Source: Candidatus Nanoarchaeia archaeon (lineage in GTDB: Archaea; Nanobdellota; Nanobdellia; Pacearchaeales; GW2011-AR1). Taken from it: 64,000 nt of DNA. The position numbers and the translations under genes were made by a program. The stretch covers positions 18,717 to 82,716 of the forward strand of contig JBAQGX010000001.1 in assembly GCA_049288015.1 (NCBI GenBank), given 5' to 3'. Under the pieces are notes generated by a model. That model saw nothing but the letters and a program-made list of their open reading frames with translations. It did not search any database and was not told the origin of the DNA. Shown here piece by piece: positions 7,092-17,067 of this stretch; the stretch's first letter is position 1; every line of letters begins with the position of its first letter.

Positions 7092-9563
7092 ATGGAAGAG
7101 TATAACTTTAAAATTATAGAAAAAAAATGGCAAAAGAGATGGGAAAAAGAAAAAGCATTTTTAACTAAAGAAGGTAAGGGTGAGAAATTTTATTGCCTTG
7201 AGATGTATCCTTATCCCTCCGCTTCATTTCTTCATGTTGGTCACGTTAGGAATTATACAATTGGAGATGTTTATGCAAGATTCAAAAGAATGAATGGATT
7301 CAATGTTCTTTATCCTATGGGTTATGACTCATTTGGATTACCTGCTGAAACTGCCGCTAAAAAGCAAAAGATTCATCCTAAAAAATACACTGAAGATTCT
7401 ATAAAAAAAATAATGGAGTATCAAAAGGCTTTGGGAAATAGTTATGATTGGAGCAGAGTTATATCTAGTCATGAACCGGATTATTACAAGTGGAACCAGT
7501 TTTTTTTCCTGAAACTTTATGAAAAAGGGCTAGCTTATAGGAAAAAAGCTCAAGTTAATTGGTGTGAGACTTGTCAGTCTGTTCTTGCAAATGAAGAGGC
7601 AGAAGGCGGAAAATGCTGGAGATGTGGGAATGAAGTTGTAAAAAAATATCTTGAACAGTGGTTTTACAAAATCACAGACTATGCAGATAAGCTTCTTGAG
7701 GGTCTTAATAGAATTGAATGGCCCGATATGATAAAAGTAATGCAGAAAAACTGGATTGGTAGAAGTGAAGGTGCTGAAGTTTTGTTTGATATTAATGGGA
7801 AAAAATGGCCGATATTTACGACGCGACCTGACACTATTTTTGGCGTTACCTTTGTTGTTGTTTCTTTGCAACACCCCGACCTTATGGAACTTGTTAAGTC
7901 AGAAGCAAGGGGAGAAGTCGAGAAATTTGTTAATAAGTCAAAGAAAGTAACTCAAGAAGATTTAGATAAAATTGAGAAAGAAGGAGTCTTTACAGGAAGT
8001 TATGCAATTAATCCAATGACTAATGAAAAAGTTCCAGTGTATGCAGCTAATTTTGTTGTTGCTGATTATGGAAGTGGAATGGTAATGGGTGTTCCTGCTC
8101 ATGATAAAAGAGACTTTGATTTTGCTGTAAAATATAATATACCTATGAAAGTTGTTATTGAACCAAAAGATTTTGAAATTTATGAAAGGAATGGCCAATT
8201 AGGGAGTGCCTATGAAGGGGAAGGAGAGCTTGTTAATTCTAAGGATTTTAATGGAATGGAAAATAAGAGGGCCATGGTTGAGATAGTAAAGAATCTAGAA
8301 AGAAAAAATCTTAGTAAAAAACAGGTTAAGTATAAACTTAGAGATTGGATGATCAGCAGACAAAGATACTGGGGTACCCCGATACCTATAATTCATTGTG
8401 ATAAATGCGGACTAGTGCCTGTTCCGGAAAAGGATCTCCCTGTCCTACTTCCAAAGAATGTTGATTTTAATTCTAAGACTAACCCTCTTATTTCTGATAA
8501 AAAATTTGTAAATATTAAATGCCCAAAGTGCAATGGAAATGCAAAAAGAGAGACAGATACGATGGGAGGGTTTGTGGATTCATCATGGTATTTTTTAAGA
8601 TTTTGTGACCCCCACAACAAGAAGAAACCTTTTGATACAAAAAAGGTTGATCATTGGATGCCTGTGGATCAATATATTGGTGGAGCGGAACATGCAGTAA
8701 TGCATTTAATGTATGCAAGATTTTTTGTAAAAGCACTTAAGGATCTTGGTTTTGTTGAAATAGATGAACCCTTTAAGAAATTGTTCAATCAAGGAATTGT
8801 TTACAAAGATGGACATAAAATGAGCAAAAGTTTTGGCAATGTTGTTTTTCAGACAGATATATCTGAAAAATATGGTATTGACACTGCAAGATTATTCCTT
8901 ATGTCAGTTTCTTCTCCAGATAAACAAATGGAGTGGAATGATGAAGGAGTTGAAGGAAGTTTCAGATTTTTAAATAAAGTCCTAAGAGTTTCCAAATTGG
9001 TTAAAAATGTAAAAAATGATGAGAAAACGGATAGCAAATTAAATGAGACTATAAAAAAAGTTACAGAAAATATAGAAAACTTCAATTATCCTAAGGCAAT
9101 TATTGCGTCTTCTGAATTCTTGGACTATCTTTATAATTTAAAGATCGTTCCTAAAAGATCATTTGAAGAACTGCTTAAGTTAATATCTCCCTTTTCTCCG
9201 CATATAACTGAAGAGATGTGGGAAAAGCTAGGCAATAAAGGATTTGTTTCTCTTGCAAAATGGCCTGAGTTTGATGAGAGTAAGATAAATGAAAACTTTG
9301 GGAAAGAAGAAAAAGTAATTGAAAAACTAGCAGAAGATATTAATTCGGTTCTTAATATTGTCTTAAAAACAGCGAAGCCTCAAACAGCTTATATTTATGT
9401 AATACCAAGTGAAAATAAACTGCTAAAAGATAATGTTTCTATTCTGGAAAGAAAAACGAAGTTGAAGATAAAGATTTATTCCGTTAACGAAAAGGATAAA
9501 TATGATCCTCAAGAAAAATCTAAACGTGCTAAGCCGGGAAAATCGGCCCTTTATCTTGAATAA
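7092..9563 (+). CDS. leuS: Leucyl-tRNA synthetase (archaeal type)
   Basis: 823 aa; MYPYPSASFLHVGHVRNY (archaeal LeuRS HIGH region), CP1 editing insertion, HKMSKSFGN (KMSKS). Confidence 0.9.
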   Translation: MEEYNFKIIEKKWQKRWEKEKAFLTKEGKGEKFYCLEMYPYPSASFLHVGHVRNYTIGDVYARFKRMNGFNVLYPMGYDSFGLPAETAAKKQKIHPKKYTEDSIKKIMEYQKALGNSYDWSRVISSHEPDYYKWNQFFFLKLYEKGLAYRKKAQVNWCETCQSVLANEEAEGGKCWRCGNEVVKKYLEQWFYKITDYADKLLEGLNRIEWPDMIKVMQKNWIGRSEGAEVLFDINGKKWPIFTTRPDTIFGVTFVVVSLQHPDLMELVKSEARGEVEKFVNKSKKVTQEDLDKIEKEGVFTGSYAINPMTNEKVPVYAANFVVADYGSGMVMGVPAHDKRDFDFAVKYNIPMKVVIEPKDFEIYERNGQLGSAYEGEGELVNSKDFNGMENKRAMVEIVKNLERKNLSKKQVKYKLRDWMISRQRYWGTPIPIIHCDKCGLVPVPEKDLPVLLPKNVDFNSKTNPLISDKKFVNIKCPKCNGNAKRETDTMGGFVDSSWYFLRFCDPHNKKKPFDTKKVDHWMPVDQYIGGAEHAVMHLMYARFFVKALKDLGFVEIDEPFKKLFNQGIVYKDGHKMSKSFGNVVFQTDISEKYGIDTARLFLMSVSSPDKQMEWNDEGVEGSFRFLNKVLRVSKLVKNVKNDEKTDSKLNETIKKVTENIENFNYPKAIIASSEFLDYLYNLKIVPKRSFEELLKLISPFSPHITEEMWEKLGNKGFVSLAKWPEFDESKINENFGKEEKVIEKLAEDINSVLNIVLKTAKPQTAYIYVIPSENKLLKDNVSILERKTKLKIKIYSVNEKDKYDPQEKSKRAKPGKSALYLE

Positions 9564-9601
9564 TCAGATAGATTTTTATAATTCTCTCATTTAAACTTTT
9601 C

Positions 9602-10681
9602 ATGATTGGTTTAAGGAAGAAGGGTGATAATCTTTCTCAGCTAAAGAATAAGAGATGGAAATTATTTTTAATTGCCTTTGGGATAATTTTGATAATTTTG
9701 GTTGGTGTTTTTATTTTTATAAATTATAATTTTGGTACAAAAGTTGCTGCGTCGCCTACATGCGGTGATGGAAGTTTTTATAATTCTTGTTCTTTAGAAA
9801 AGCCATTTTATTGTAATAATGGAATCCTTATAGAAAATTCTTCAGTGTGTGGATGTCCAAGTCTATTTAGTAAAGTTGGTGATTCATGCATCTATGGTAA
9901 TCAATCATTTCCAGAATTCTCCAGCTTTGATTATGTTCTTGATGGTAATAGTCAAATTATTAATTTTACCTTGTATCACAGCGTTGTCAATTATCTTTTA
10001 ACTCTTCCAGACTCAATTACATATACTAATGGTCAGCAGCCACTTAGATCCGATTTTACTTTATTGAGATTAAATGAACCGATTCAGGAATCTTTGCTGA
10101 GTCCTTTTGTAAAAGAGATTGAAAATCTTGCTCCAAATGATAAAACTGACCAGGCAAGGATTGCAGTTAGTTTGGTACAAAATATTCCCTGGGGTTCTTC
10201 TGGTAGAACTGTGTCCTTTGAAAATGTTCAAGCGAATTATTCTAGATACCCCTATCAGGTTCTTTATGATAATCAAGGTTTATGCAGCGAGAAATCTGAG
10301 CTTCTTGCTTTTATTCTAAGAGATTTGGGTTATGGTGTTGCATTATTTTATTATCCTTTGGAAGATCATGAAGCTTTGGGTATAAAGTGTCCCGTTCAAG
10401 ATAGTTTAGATGGAACTGGCTATTGTTTTGTTGAAGCTAGTGGGCCCTCCATAATTTCTGACAGCTCTTTGAAATATTCTGGAGGTATTACTCTTAGTCC
10501 GAATCCTCAGGTGATTATAATATCTGATGGAATTTCTCTTCCAAATAATATGGATGAATATGGTGATGCAAAAATTATGGATCTTTTATCAAGTAAGACT
10601 TCTTTAGATGCTATATCTGAGATAAAGTTTAGTCAGCTTCAGCAAAAATATGGTCTGAGTAAGATTTATAATATTGGTTAG
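9602..10681 (+). CDS. Membrane-anchored protein with Cys-rich ectodomain and transglutaminase-like cysteine peptidase core
   Basis: 359 aa; N-terminal TM helix; Cys-rich segment (TCGDGSFYNSCS...CGCPS...DSCIYG); GLCSEKSELLAFILRDLGYGVAL...DHEALGI resembles the Cys-His-Asp transglutaminase-like core. Confidence 0.5.
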   Translation: MIGLRKKGDNLSQLKNKRWKLFLIAFGIILIILVGVFIFINYNFGTKVAASPTCGDGSFYNSCSLEKPFYCNNGILIENSSVCGCPSLFSKVGDSCIYGNQSFPEFSSFDYVLDGNSQIINFTLYHSVVNYLLTLPDSITYTNGQQPLRSDFTLLRLNEPIQESLLSPFVKEIENLAPNDKTDQARIAVSLVQNIPWGSSGRTVSFENVQANYSRYPYQVLYDNQGLCSEKSELLAFILRDLGYGVALFYYPLEDHEALGIKCPVQDSLDGTGYCFVEASGPSIISDSSLKYSGGITLSPNPQVIIISDGISLPNNMDEYGDAKIMDLLSSKTSLDAISEIKFSQLQQKYGLSKIYNIG

Positions 10682-10698
10682 ATAATTATAAGTAAGAG

Positions 10699-11685
10699 AT
10701 GATGAAAGTCGCAATAAATGGTTTAGGTAGAATAGGAAGATTAGTTTTGAAGAGCGGGTTAGATGAAGGCGTTAATTTTGTAGCAATAAATGATTTAACT
10801 GATCCGAGAACTCTTGCGTATTTGATTAAGTATGATTCAGTTTATGGAAAGTATGATAAAGAAGTTGAGGCGGGTAAAGATTTTATAAAAATTGGCGGTA
10901 AAAAGATAATGATTTTGTCCGAAAGAGATCCTGGAGCTCTTCCTTGGAAAAAATTGGGAATAGATGTTGTTATTGAATCAACGGGGTTTTTTACTGACAA
11001 AGAAGGGGCAAGCAAACATTTGAATGCAGGAGCCAAAAGGGTTATTATTTCCGCACCTGCAAAAAATCCTGATATTACTGTTGTTCTTGGCGTAAATGAT
11101 AATCTTTTGAAAAGTAGCCATAAGATTATTTCTATGGCAAGCTGCACAACAAACGGATTAACTCCTGTAGCCAAGGTTTTGGAGGAAGAGTTTGGAATTG
11201 TAAAAGGATTCATGACAACTGCTCATGCTTATACTTCTGATCAAGATCTTGTTGATGCACCTCATAAGAATCTGAGACGTGGAAGAGCTGCAGCAATTAA
11301 TATAGTTCCTACAACCTCTGGAGCAACTTCAGCTGTGGCAGAAGTAATTCCTAGTCTCAAGGGTAAACTAGTCGGACTAGCTCTTAGGGTTCCCGTTCCA
11401 AGCGGAAGTATCGTTGACTTTGTGGCAGAATTAAAGAAAGAAGTTACGGTAGAACAAGTTAATAATGCATTTAAAAAAGCTGCTTCTTTAGGGAGATTGA
11501 AAGGGATACTTAAGTATACGGAAGATGAAATTGTTTCATCGGATATTATAGGAGAAAAACATTCTTCAATTGTTGACGGATTATCTACTATGGTTATAGG
11601 AAATACTGTAAAAGTTCTTGCATGGTATGATAATGAGTTTGGGTATGCGCATAGGTTAGCAGAATTTATTAAAAAGTTAGGATAA
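10699..11685 (+). CDS. gap: Glyceraldehyde-3-phosphate dehydrogenase, class I (bacterial/eukaryotic type)
   Basis: 328 aa; INGLGRIGR NAD-binding motif, active-site ASCTTNGL, C-terminal WYDNEFGYA; class I rather than the usual archaeal class II. Confidence 0.9.
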   Translation: MMKVAINGLGRIGRLVLKSGLDEGVNFVAINDLTDPRTLAYLIKYDSVYGKYDKEVEAGKDFIKIGGKKIMILSERDPGALPWKKLGIDVVIESTGFFTDKEGASKHLNAGAKRVIISAPAKNPDITVVLGVNDNLLKSSHKIISMASCTTNGLTPVAKVLEEEFGIVKGFMTTAHAYTSDQDLVDAPHKNLRRGRAAAINIVPTTSGATSAVAEVIPSLKGKLVGLALRVPVPSGSIVDFVAELKKEVTVEQVNNAFKKAASLGRLKGILKYTEDEIVSSDIIGEKHSSIVDGLSTMVIGNTVKVLAWYDNEFGYAHRLAEFIKKLG

Positions 11686-11690
11686 TTCTT

Positions 11691-12845
11691 ATGAAATCTA
11701 TATTGAAGGAAGATTTGAGAGATAAAGTTGTTTTAGTAAGAGAAGATATAAATTCAGATGTTATAAATGGAAAAGTAGTTATGTCTGAAAGGATAAAGCA
11801 AAGTGCAGATACTATTCTTCTTCTTAAGAATAAAAAAGCCAAAGTTGTTGTTATTGGCCATCAAGGTAGACCTGGGGAAAAAGATTTTACTTCACTTGAA
11901 CAACATGCAAAATTATTAAATAAATTTGTTAATATTAAATTTGTTCCAGATATAATTGGGAAAAAAGCAGAGAGAGCTATCAAAGAATTAAAACCTGGTG
12001 ATGCTATCTTATTAGATAATATTAGAAAGCTGAAGGATGAAACGGATTTTACGAAAAAAGAATTTGTTTCTAAATTATCTTCTTGGTGCAATATTTATAT
12101 AAATGATGCTTTTTCTGTATCACACAGAGAGCAGGCTTCGATTGTTAGCTTTCCAAAGTGCATGAAAAGTTTTGCAGGACCTTTGCTTGAAAAGGAAACT
12201 AAAGCTTTGAAAAAAATTAATTTAAAAAATTGTTTGTATATTTTGGCTGGAGCGAAGCCTGGAGACAATATATTATTATTGAAGAAAAATAAAGTTCTAG
12301 CTGCAGGATTATTTGGACAAATGTGCTTGGTTTCAAAAGGTAAGGATCTTGGTGCTCAGAATCTTTATCTTAAAAAAAATATTTCTGATTATGACAAATC
12401 TATAAAGGAATTAAGAATTAAGTTGAAGAGTATGAAAAGTCTTGTTGAAACTCCTTTAGACTTTGCAGTTAAGGTCAATGGAAAGAGAAAGGAGATTTTA
12501 CTTGAGGATTTTCCAAGCAAATATGAAATTTATGACATTGGGGAGAATACTCAAAATAGTTTCATTGAGGAAATTAAAAAGGCTAAATCGATTTATATGA
12601 AAGGTCCAGTAGGTTATTACTCTGATAATAAATTTTTTAAGGGAACACTTGCAATTTTGAAAGCAATATCCAATTCTGATGCTTTTTCAATTTTAGGGGG
12701 AGGACAGTTAAGTGACGCTGTTGAAAAGTCAAAGATTCCAAAAAATAAATTTGGATATCTCAGCCTGTCTGGAGGTGCTTTGTTACAGTATCTTGCGGGA
12801 AAGAAACTACCTGGACTTGAAGCTCTTGGCTTTTATAAGAAATAA
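11691..12845 (+). CDS. pgk: Phosphoglycerate kinase
   Basis: 384 aa; archaeal PGK hallmarks (IGHQGRPGE hinge region, C-terminal GGGQL...SGGA). Confidence 0.85.
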   Translation: MKSILKEDLRDKVVLVREDINSDVINGKVVMSERIKQSADTILLLKNKKAKVVVIGHQGRPGEKDFTSLEQHAKLLNKFVNIKFVPDIIGKKAERAIKELKPGDAILLDNIRKLKDETDFTKKEFVSKLSSWCNIYINDAFSVSHREQASIVSFPKCMKSFAGPLLEKETKALKKINLKNCLYILAGAKPGDNILLLKKNKVLAAGLFGQMCLVSKGKDLGAQNLYLKKNISDYDKSIKELRIKLKSMKSLVETPLDFAVKVNGKRKEILLEDFPSKYEIYDIGENTQNSFIEEIKKAKSIYMKGPVGYYSDNKFFKGTLAILKAISNSDAFSILGGGQLSDAVEKSKIPKNKFGYLSLSGGALLQYLAGKKLPGLEALGFYKK

Positions 12846-12896
12846 AAAGGTTTTTAATTTTACTTAGTTTGTTCTAGATAAGGTAAAGATAGGAAA

Positions 12897-13799
12897 ATGT
12901 TTGATATAATAACTTTTGGTTCTGCAGTAGTAGATATTTTTGTTGAAACTGACCTAAAAAGTAAAGGTAAATTTGTGGCTTATCCAGTGGGAAGTAAAAT
13001 TCTTGTGGAAGATATGAAATTTAGTATTGGGGGTGGAGGAACAAATACTGCGGTTGCATTTTCTAGATTAGGGTTAGAAACGGGTTACATTGGTAAGATT
13101 GACCGAGATTTTGGGGGTAAACAAATACTTGAGTTATTGGAAAAAGAAAGAGTTGGATTTGTCGGGAAAATGGAAGATAAACATGAAGGTATTGGGGGAT
13201 ATTCTATTATACTTGATAGTAAGGGGAATGATAGAACAATACTTACTTATAAAGGAATTAATGATGACCTTAAGTTTTCAGAAATAAAATTAGAAAACAT
13301 AAAAACTAAGTGGCTTTATTTTTCTTCCCTGCTTGGAGACAGTTTTAAAACCCAAGAAAAATTGGCAAGACTCTTTTGTACTAAAGGAGTAAAAATAGTT
13401 TTTAATCCCAGTGAGTATCTTATTAAGAAAGAAAACCTAAAACCAATATTAAAGTTGTGTGAAATTTTAATTTTAAATAAAGAAGAGGCAGAGTTGTTGA
13501 CAAAGGATAAAGATTTACTTTTAGGGTTAAGTAAACTTGGACCTAAGATTGTAGTTGTAACTAATAAAGATAAAGAAGTATTTGCTTATAATGGAGATAA
13601 GAAATATTCAATTGTTCCTCACAAAATGAAGGTTATTGAAAGAACAGGTGCAGGAGACGCATTTGCGTCGGGTTTTGTTGCAGGACAGATTTTTGGAAAG
13701 TCTATAACTGAAAGTTTGAGAATTGGATTGGAAGAAAGTGAATCAGTTATAAACCATAAGGGAGCTAAAATTGGGTTAATCAGGAGAAAGTTGAAATGA
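12897..13799 (+). CDS. PfkB-family carbohydrate kinase (candidate ATP-phosphofructokinase/ribokinase-like)
   Basis: 300 aa; GGGGTNTAVAF and GAGDAFASGF PfkB motifs; embedded in the glycolytic operon. Confidence 0.75.
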   Translation: MFDIITFGSAVVDIFVETDLKSKGKFVAYPVGSKILVEDMKFSIGGGGTNTAVAFSRLGLETGYIGKIDRDFGGKQILELLEKERVGFVGKMEDKHEGIGGYSIILDSKGNDRTILTYKGINDDLKFSEIKLENIKTKWLYFSSLLGDSFKTQEKLARLFCTKGVKIVFNPSEYLIKKENLKPILKLCEILILNKEEAELLTKDKDLLLGLSKLGPKIVVVTNKDKEVFAYNGDKKYSIVPHKMKVIERTGAGDAFASGFVAGQIFGKSITESLRIGLEESESVINHKGAKIGLIRRKLK

Positions 13800-14803
13800 A
13801 AATCGCATTTTTTGAGATGAAAGAAAAATGGGAAATAGATTATATGAAAAAGAGTCTAAAGAATCATCAACTCTACTTTTTTGATGGGGAATTAAATAAA
13901 GATAATGTTGACAGGGTAAAAGATTTTGATATAATTTCTGTGTTTATTTATTCGGGTATTGATAAAACTCTTATACCAAGATTAAGAAAAGTTAAAGCAA
14001 TTATAACCCGATCTACTGGATTTGATCATATTGACTTGAAAACTTGCAGTACAAGTAAAATAAAAGTCTATAATATTCCTCGATATGGAAGTAATACTGT
14101 TGCAGAATTTACTTTTGCGTTAATACTAAGTTTAACAAGAAAAATAATAAAGAGCAATGAAAGAGTTAGAGAACTTAATTTTGACTTAGATGGATTGAGG
14201 GGGATGGATTTGAAAGGGAAGACAATAGGGATTGTAGGTTTGGGAGAGATTGGAACCAATGTAGTAGAAATTGCAAAAGGTTTTAAGATGAATGTTATCG
14301 TAAATACAACAACAAAGGATAATAGTCTTTCAAAAAAGCTAGGATTCAAATATGTTAATTTTAATACTCTCTTAAAAAATTCAGATGTTATAACCTTTCA
14401 TGTTCCTCTTTTGCCTTCAACAACTCATATGATCAATAGAAAGAATATAAATCTTATAAAAAAAGGTGCTTATCTTGTTAATACTTCTAGGGGAGAAGTA
14501 GTTGAAACTGAAGCTATAATTAAGGCTCTTGATAAAAAAATCCTTTCTGGAGTTGGATTAGATGTTCTTGAAGAGGAAGAATTAATTAGAGATGAAAAAG
14601 ATTTGTTATTAAAAGAACATTCTAGGGAAGAGTTAAAATCTGCTTTAGAAGAGAATGTTCTTCTTGAACAAGATAATGTTGTAATTACCCCACATAATGC
14701 ATTTAATACGCAAGAGGCATTAGAAAGAATTTTAGATATAACTGTTGATAATATTAACTCTGCTATAAATAACAGAAGTGATAATCTTGTAAAATGCGAC
14801 TAA
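13796..14803 (+). CDS. D-isomer-specific 2-hydroxyacid dehydrogenase (D-lactate/glycerate dehydrogenase-like)
   Basis: 335 aa; GIVGLGEIG NAD-binding Rossmann motif, catalytic R/E/H context (TSRGEVV...HNAF); 4-nt overlaps with flanking genes. Confidence 0.8.
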   Translation: MKIAFFEMKEKWEIDYMKKSLKNHQLYFFDGELNKDNVDRVKDFDIISVFIYSGIDKTLIPRLRKVKAIITRSTGFDHIDLKTCSTSKIKVYNIPRYGSNTVAEFTFALILSLTRKIIKSNERVRELNFDLDGLRGMDLKGKTIGIVGLGEIGTNVVEIAKGFKMNVIVNTTTKDNSLSKKLGFKYVNFNTLLKNSDVITFHVPLLPSTTHMINRKNINLIKKGAYLVNTSRGEVVETEAIIKALDKKILSGVGLDVLEEEELIRDEKDLLLKEHSREELKSALEENVLLEQDNVVITPHNAFNTQEALERILDITVDNINSAINNRSDNLVKCD

Positions 14804-15546
14804 AAATTAATAAAATCTTAAGGAAGGGAAGAGCTATGTTTCTTGCTTATGATCATGGGCTAGAACATGGTCCCAGTGATTTTAATGATAAAGATGTGGA
14901 TCCGGGTTATATTATAGATATTGCAAAAAAGGGAAAATATACTGCTTTAATTTTTCAAAAAGGAATTGCAGAGAAGTATAATAATCAAATAAAGAAGTCT
15001 GGAATCCCTTTAATTATAAAGTTAAATGGTAAAACTAATCTCTTTCAAGGAGAACCTATTTCTCGACAATTATGTAGTGTAGAAGAAGCTCTTAGATTGG
15101 GTGCTGTTGCAGTTGGTTATACTATCTATATTGGTAGTAAATATGAATCCGTTATGATGAAAGAATTTGATATCATTGAAGAAGAAGCTCATAAAAAAGG
15201 TATTCCCGTTATTGCTTGGATATATCCACGAGGTAAGAGCATTAAAACTAAGTCCGAAAGTGAGCTTATGGCTTATGCTGCAAGGACTGGATTGGAAATT
15301 GGTGCAGATATAGTAAAAATGAAATACGACGGCAGTTCTAAAGATTTGTCTTGGTCTGTTAAGGTCGCAGGTAAAACAAAGATAGTCATTGCAGGAGGAG
15401 TTAAAGAAGGTGAAAAAGATTTCTTAAAAGAAGTTAAAGACATAATGAATGCTGGTTCAGTTGGGCTTGCTATTGGTAGAAATATTTGGCAGTCAGATCA
15501 TCCTCTTGAATTATCAAATAAAATAAGAGATATAATATTTAGATGA
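14794..15546 (+). CDS. fba: Class I fructose-bisphosphate aldolase, archaeal DhnA/FbaB type
   Basis: 250 aa; LAYDHGLEHGP N-terminal motif and catalytic Lys region typical of DhnA-family aldolases. Confidence 0.75.
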   Translation: MRLKINKILRKGRAMFLAYDHGLEHGPSDFNDKDVDPGYIIDIAKKGKYTALIFQKGIAEKYNNQIKKSGIPLIIKLNGKTNLFQGEPISRQLCSVEEALRLGAVAVGYTIYIGSKYESVMMKEFDIIEEEAHKKGIPVIAWIYPRGKSIKTKSESELMAYAARTGLEIGADIVKMKYDGSSKDLSWSVKVAGKTKIVIAGGVKEGEKDFLKEVKDIMNAGSVGLAIGRNIWQSDHPLELSNKIRDIIFR

Positions 15547-16166
15547 TAACTATAATAAATTTTAAAACATATAAGCAAGGCGAGCAAGTTTTGAAACTTG
15601 CAAAGATTATAGAAAAGATAGACCAAGAAATTATTATTGCTGTTCCTGCTTCGGACGTCAAGAATGTAAAGATTCATAGTAAGATTAGAGTTTTTGCTCA
15701 ACATGTTGACTATTTTGAAAAAGGGAGAAATACAGGGTTTATTATTCCTGAATCTGTAAAAGCTCAAGGAGCAGATGGAACTTTATTGAATCACTCTGAG
15801 CATAAACTAGAATTTAATGTTTTGAAGAAGACGATTAAGAGATGCAAAGATGTTGGCTTGAAAACTGCCGTTTTTGCAGCTGATTTAAGTGAAGCAAGAA
15901 AGATAGAAAAATTAAATCCAGATTTTCTTATTATTGAACCTCCAGAATTAGTTGCAGGAAAAATTTCAGTTTCTTCTGCAAGGCCAGATTTAATTAAGAA
16001 AATATCTGAGGCAATAGGAATGAAATTTCTTGTTGGAGCAGGTATTCATAACGGAAAGGATGTTGAAATTGCTTTAAAGTTGGGAGCTTCTGGAATTGCA
16101 GTTTCTTCCGCAATAACAGAATCTAGAAATCCTTCCAGAGACTTGGAAAAGCTTATTGGGAAGTAG
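15543..16166 (+). CDS. tpiA: Triosephosphate isomerase (short archaeal form)
   Basis: 207 aa; IINFKTY start, EPPELVAG catalytic-Glu region, GAGI/VSSA C-terminal phosphate-binding loop. Confidence 0.8.
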   Translation: MITIINFKTYKQGEQVLKLAKIIEKIDQEIIIAVPASDVKNVKIHSKIRVFAQHVDYFEKGRNTGFIIPESVKAQGADGTLLNHSEHKLEFNVLKKTIKRCKDVGLKTAVFAADLSEARKIEKLNPDFLIIEPPELVAGKISVSSARPDLIKKISEAIGMKFLVGAGIHNGKDVEIALKLGASGIAVSSAITESRNPSRDLEKLIGK

Positions 16167-16254
16167 TTTATATTGAACGGATCCCTTCTTTATAGTACTT
16201 AATATTAGCAAAAATATTTAAAATTATCTGTTTTGTTATACTTAGGAAGTTTTT

Positions 16255-17064
16255 ATGGTTAAAAAAATTGGTGTAGATTTAGGAGGTACGTTTATGCGTG
16301 TTGGTGTTGTTAAAGATAATCAAGTTGTCAAATATATAAAAAAGCAAACCCCTAAAACAGAAAAGGAGCTTGTTAATGAACTTGCAAAGTCAATATCAGA
16401 ATGTATGAGCAAGGATGTTTGTGGTATTGGTGTAGCAAGCCCTGGTCCCCTTAAAGATGGAGTTATTTATAATACTCCTAATTTACCTTTTAAGAATTAT
16501 AATTTAAAAAAATTTCTTGAAAATAAGTTTAGAACAAAGGTTGAGATAAGAAATGATGCTCAGTGTGTTGCCCTTGCAGAAGCGAAACTAGGTAGTAAAA
16601 AGAAAAATTTCATTATTATGACTCTTGGTACAGGAATTGGAGGGGGAATAATAATAAATGGAGAGTTATACGAGGGGGAAGGGTATGCGGGAGAATTTGG
16701 ACATTTAGTTATTAATAATGGAGAATATTTAGAAACTCTTTGGCAAAGGAACAGAAAGAAAACACAGGAACTTTTTGGGAAAAATTTTCTTATCAAAGAT
16801 TTGTTTGATAAGAATGATAAGAAAGCAAAAGAATTGATTCAAGAAATGGTTACTTTCTTGAGTTATGGTATTGGTTCTTTAATAAATTCTTTAGATCCTC
16901 AGGAGGTTGTGCTTATGGGTGGTGTTAGGGATGTAGGGAGTAAATTAATGAGTAAGATAAATAAGGAAGTTCGAAAATATCAATACTTACCAACTATTCC
17001 TAAAATAAGATGGAGTAAACTTGACCATCCTGGGATTTTGGGGGCTAGTTTATTAATTGACTAA
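16255..17064 (+). CDS. ROK-family glucokinase
   Basis: 269 aa; IGVDLGGT N-terminal ATP motif, GTGIGGGII, EFGH; ROK fold lacking the Zn-Cys cluster. Confidence 0.7.
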   Translation: MVKKIGVDLGGTFMRVGVVKDNQVVKYIKKQTPKTEKELVNELAKSISECMSKDVCGIGVASPGPLKDGVIYNTPNLPFKNYNLKKFLENKFRTKVEIRNDAQCVALAEAKLGSKKKNFIIMTLGTGIGGGIIINGELYEGEGYAGEFGHLVINNGEYLETLWQRNRKKTQELFGKNFLIKDLFDKNDKKAKELIQEMVTFLSYGIGSLINSLDPQEVVLMGGVRDVGSKLMSKINKEVRKYQYLPTIPKIRWSKLDHPGILGASLLID

Positions 17065-17067
17065 TAC

